Source of the DNA: Mobula hypostoma
Lineage: Eukaryota
Length of the DNA stretch: 64,000 nucleotides
Direction: 5' to 3'
Assembly: GCF_963921235.1 (NCBI RefSeq)
Contig: NC_086106.1
Coordinates: forward strand, 25,854,001-25,918,000
A program made the translations under genes and the position numbers. Below the pieces are notes generated by a model. It saw nothing but the letters and a program-made list of their open reading frames with translations, searched no databases and was not told the origin of the DNA. Numbering within the stretch: position 1 is the first letter of the stretch; the number at the start of each line of letters is the position of its first letter. This document shows, in pieces, positions 63,330 to 64,000 of the stretch.

Positions 63330-63640
63330 GGGATCACAGCTTCAGAACTTCAAGGGCCTTGGAATGAACATCATCCGTAGTCTGTCCTCTGCAACAACGT
63401 TGACGCCACAAGCAAGAAAGGTCGCCAGTACCGCTACTTCCTTAGGAGGCTAAAATAAAGGGTTTGTCCTCTTCGAGCTTTCCCCATTTTTGTCCACACA
63501 CCACAGAAAGCATTCTATCTACATGCATTGCGGCTTGATACAGGAAAGGCTGTGCAATTGACCACAAGAAACTGCAACCCAGAGCTTGGGCAAAGCTCAG
63601 AGCATCGCGGAAAACAAACTCTCCCCCGTGGACTCCACAA
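63330..63640 (+). mobile_element. Rex1/Babar-like remnant abutting a truncated V
   Basis: KKGRQYRYFLRRL remnant. Confidence 0.55.
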
Positions 63641-63952
63641 TCTATCTGCATCAGCGTAAGTGTAATCACAATTGAGTGTTATGGTCTATCCCTTCTCAGC
63701 TGTTCAGTCGGGAGGATCCGGCGTCACTGAATCTTTCCCAGTCGTTTCTGCAATAAAGGACACAATGCATCAACATAGCTGCTTGTATTGAACGCCGGGG
63801 AAATTCGCTGGCCACCTTCGCAGGCTCCCCAGGCAACACAGCCAATGCAATCAGTCTAAAACAGAGATTAGATTAATTTCAACTTTATTGTCGTTATGCC
63901 GAGTACAGGTACAAAGCCAATGAAATGCGTTTATTAAGAGAAGGAAAGGATG
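63640..63952 (-). pseudogene. Truncated family A V pseudogene (FR1, intron, disrupted leader)
   Basis: KDSVTPDPPD*TAEKG*TITLNCDY. ATG mutated to ATC. Same leader insertion (63867-63936) and GG donor as 44023-44209. Confidence 0.82.
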
Positions 63953-64000
63953 GTGTCTAATCTTTGTCTCGATCGAACGGCAGAGTTATTCCAGGACGTA

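Noticed and set aside
1-64000. Ig heavy/light cluster or NAR-TCR cassette (V-D-J units)
   Set aside because: By eye I found no 12-RSS-flanked D, no FGxG/WGxG J, no constant exon and no promoter octamer. The V ends are YLCAM rather than YYCAR. The search was not exhaustive and needs an RSS scan.

Overview
Eukaryotic genomic DNA, most likely from a cartilaginous fish (inferred from the CR1 and Penelope repeat content). The window is part of a T-cell-receptor-type V-segment array, most like TCR alpha/delta, and all V segments lie on the minus strand. I resolved about 15 V genes or remnants in three or four families. Typical segments have a 46-bp leader exon, an 81-85-bp intron, a roughly 290-bp V exon and a 23-bp-spacer RSS. 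Three look potentially functional: 12020-14277, 24335-24754 and 46672-47094. The first has a 1.8-kb CR1 LINE in its leader intron. The rest are pseudogenes, including a microhomology-fused chimera of two families. The V genes lie in a tandemly duplicated multi-gene cassette. About half the window is transposon sequence: CR1 LINEs (one near full length with an esterase-type ORF1), RTE, Rex/Babar, Penelope, a hAT/Buster element and an LTR-like repeat. The most interesting signal is a CTCF-consensus motif, always in the same orientation, 0-25 bp downstream of essentially every V RSS. Family A genes carry up to three in tandem, and the motif is well preserved even beside dead pseudogenes. This resembles the RSS-adjacent CTCF elements used in loop-extrusion RAG scanning of mouse Igh. 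No D, J or C segments were recognised by eye.
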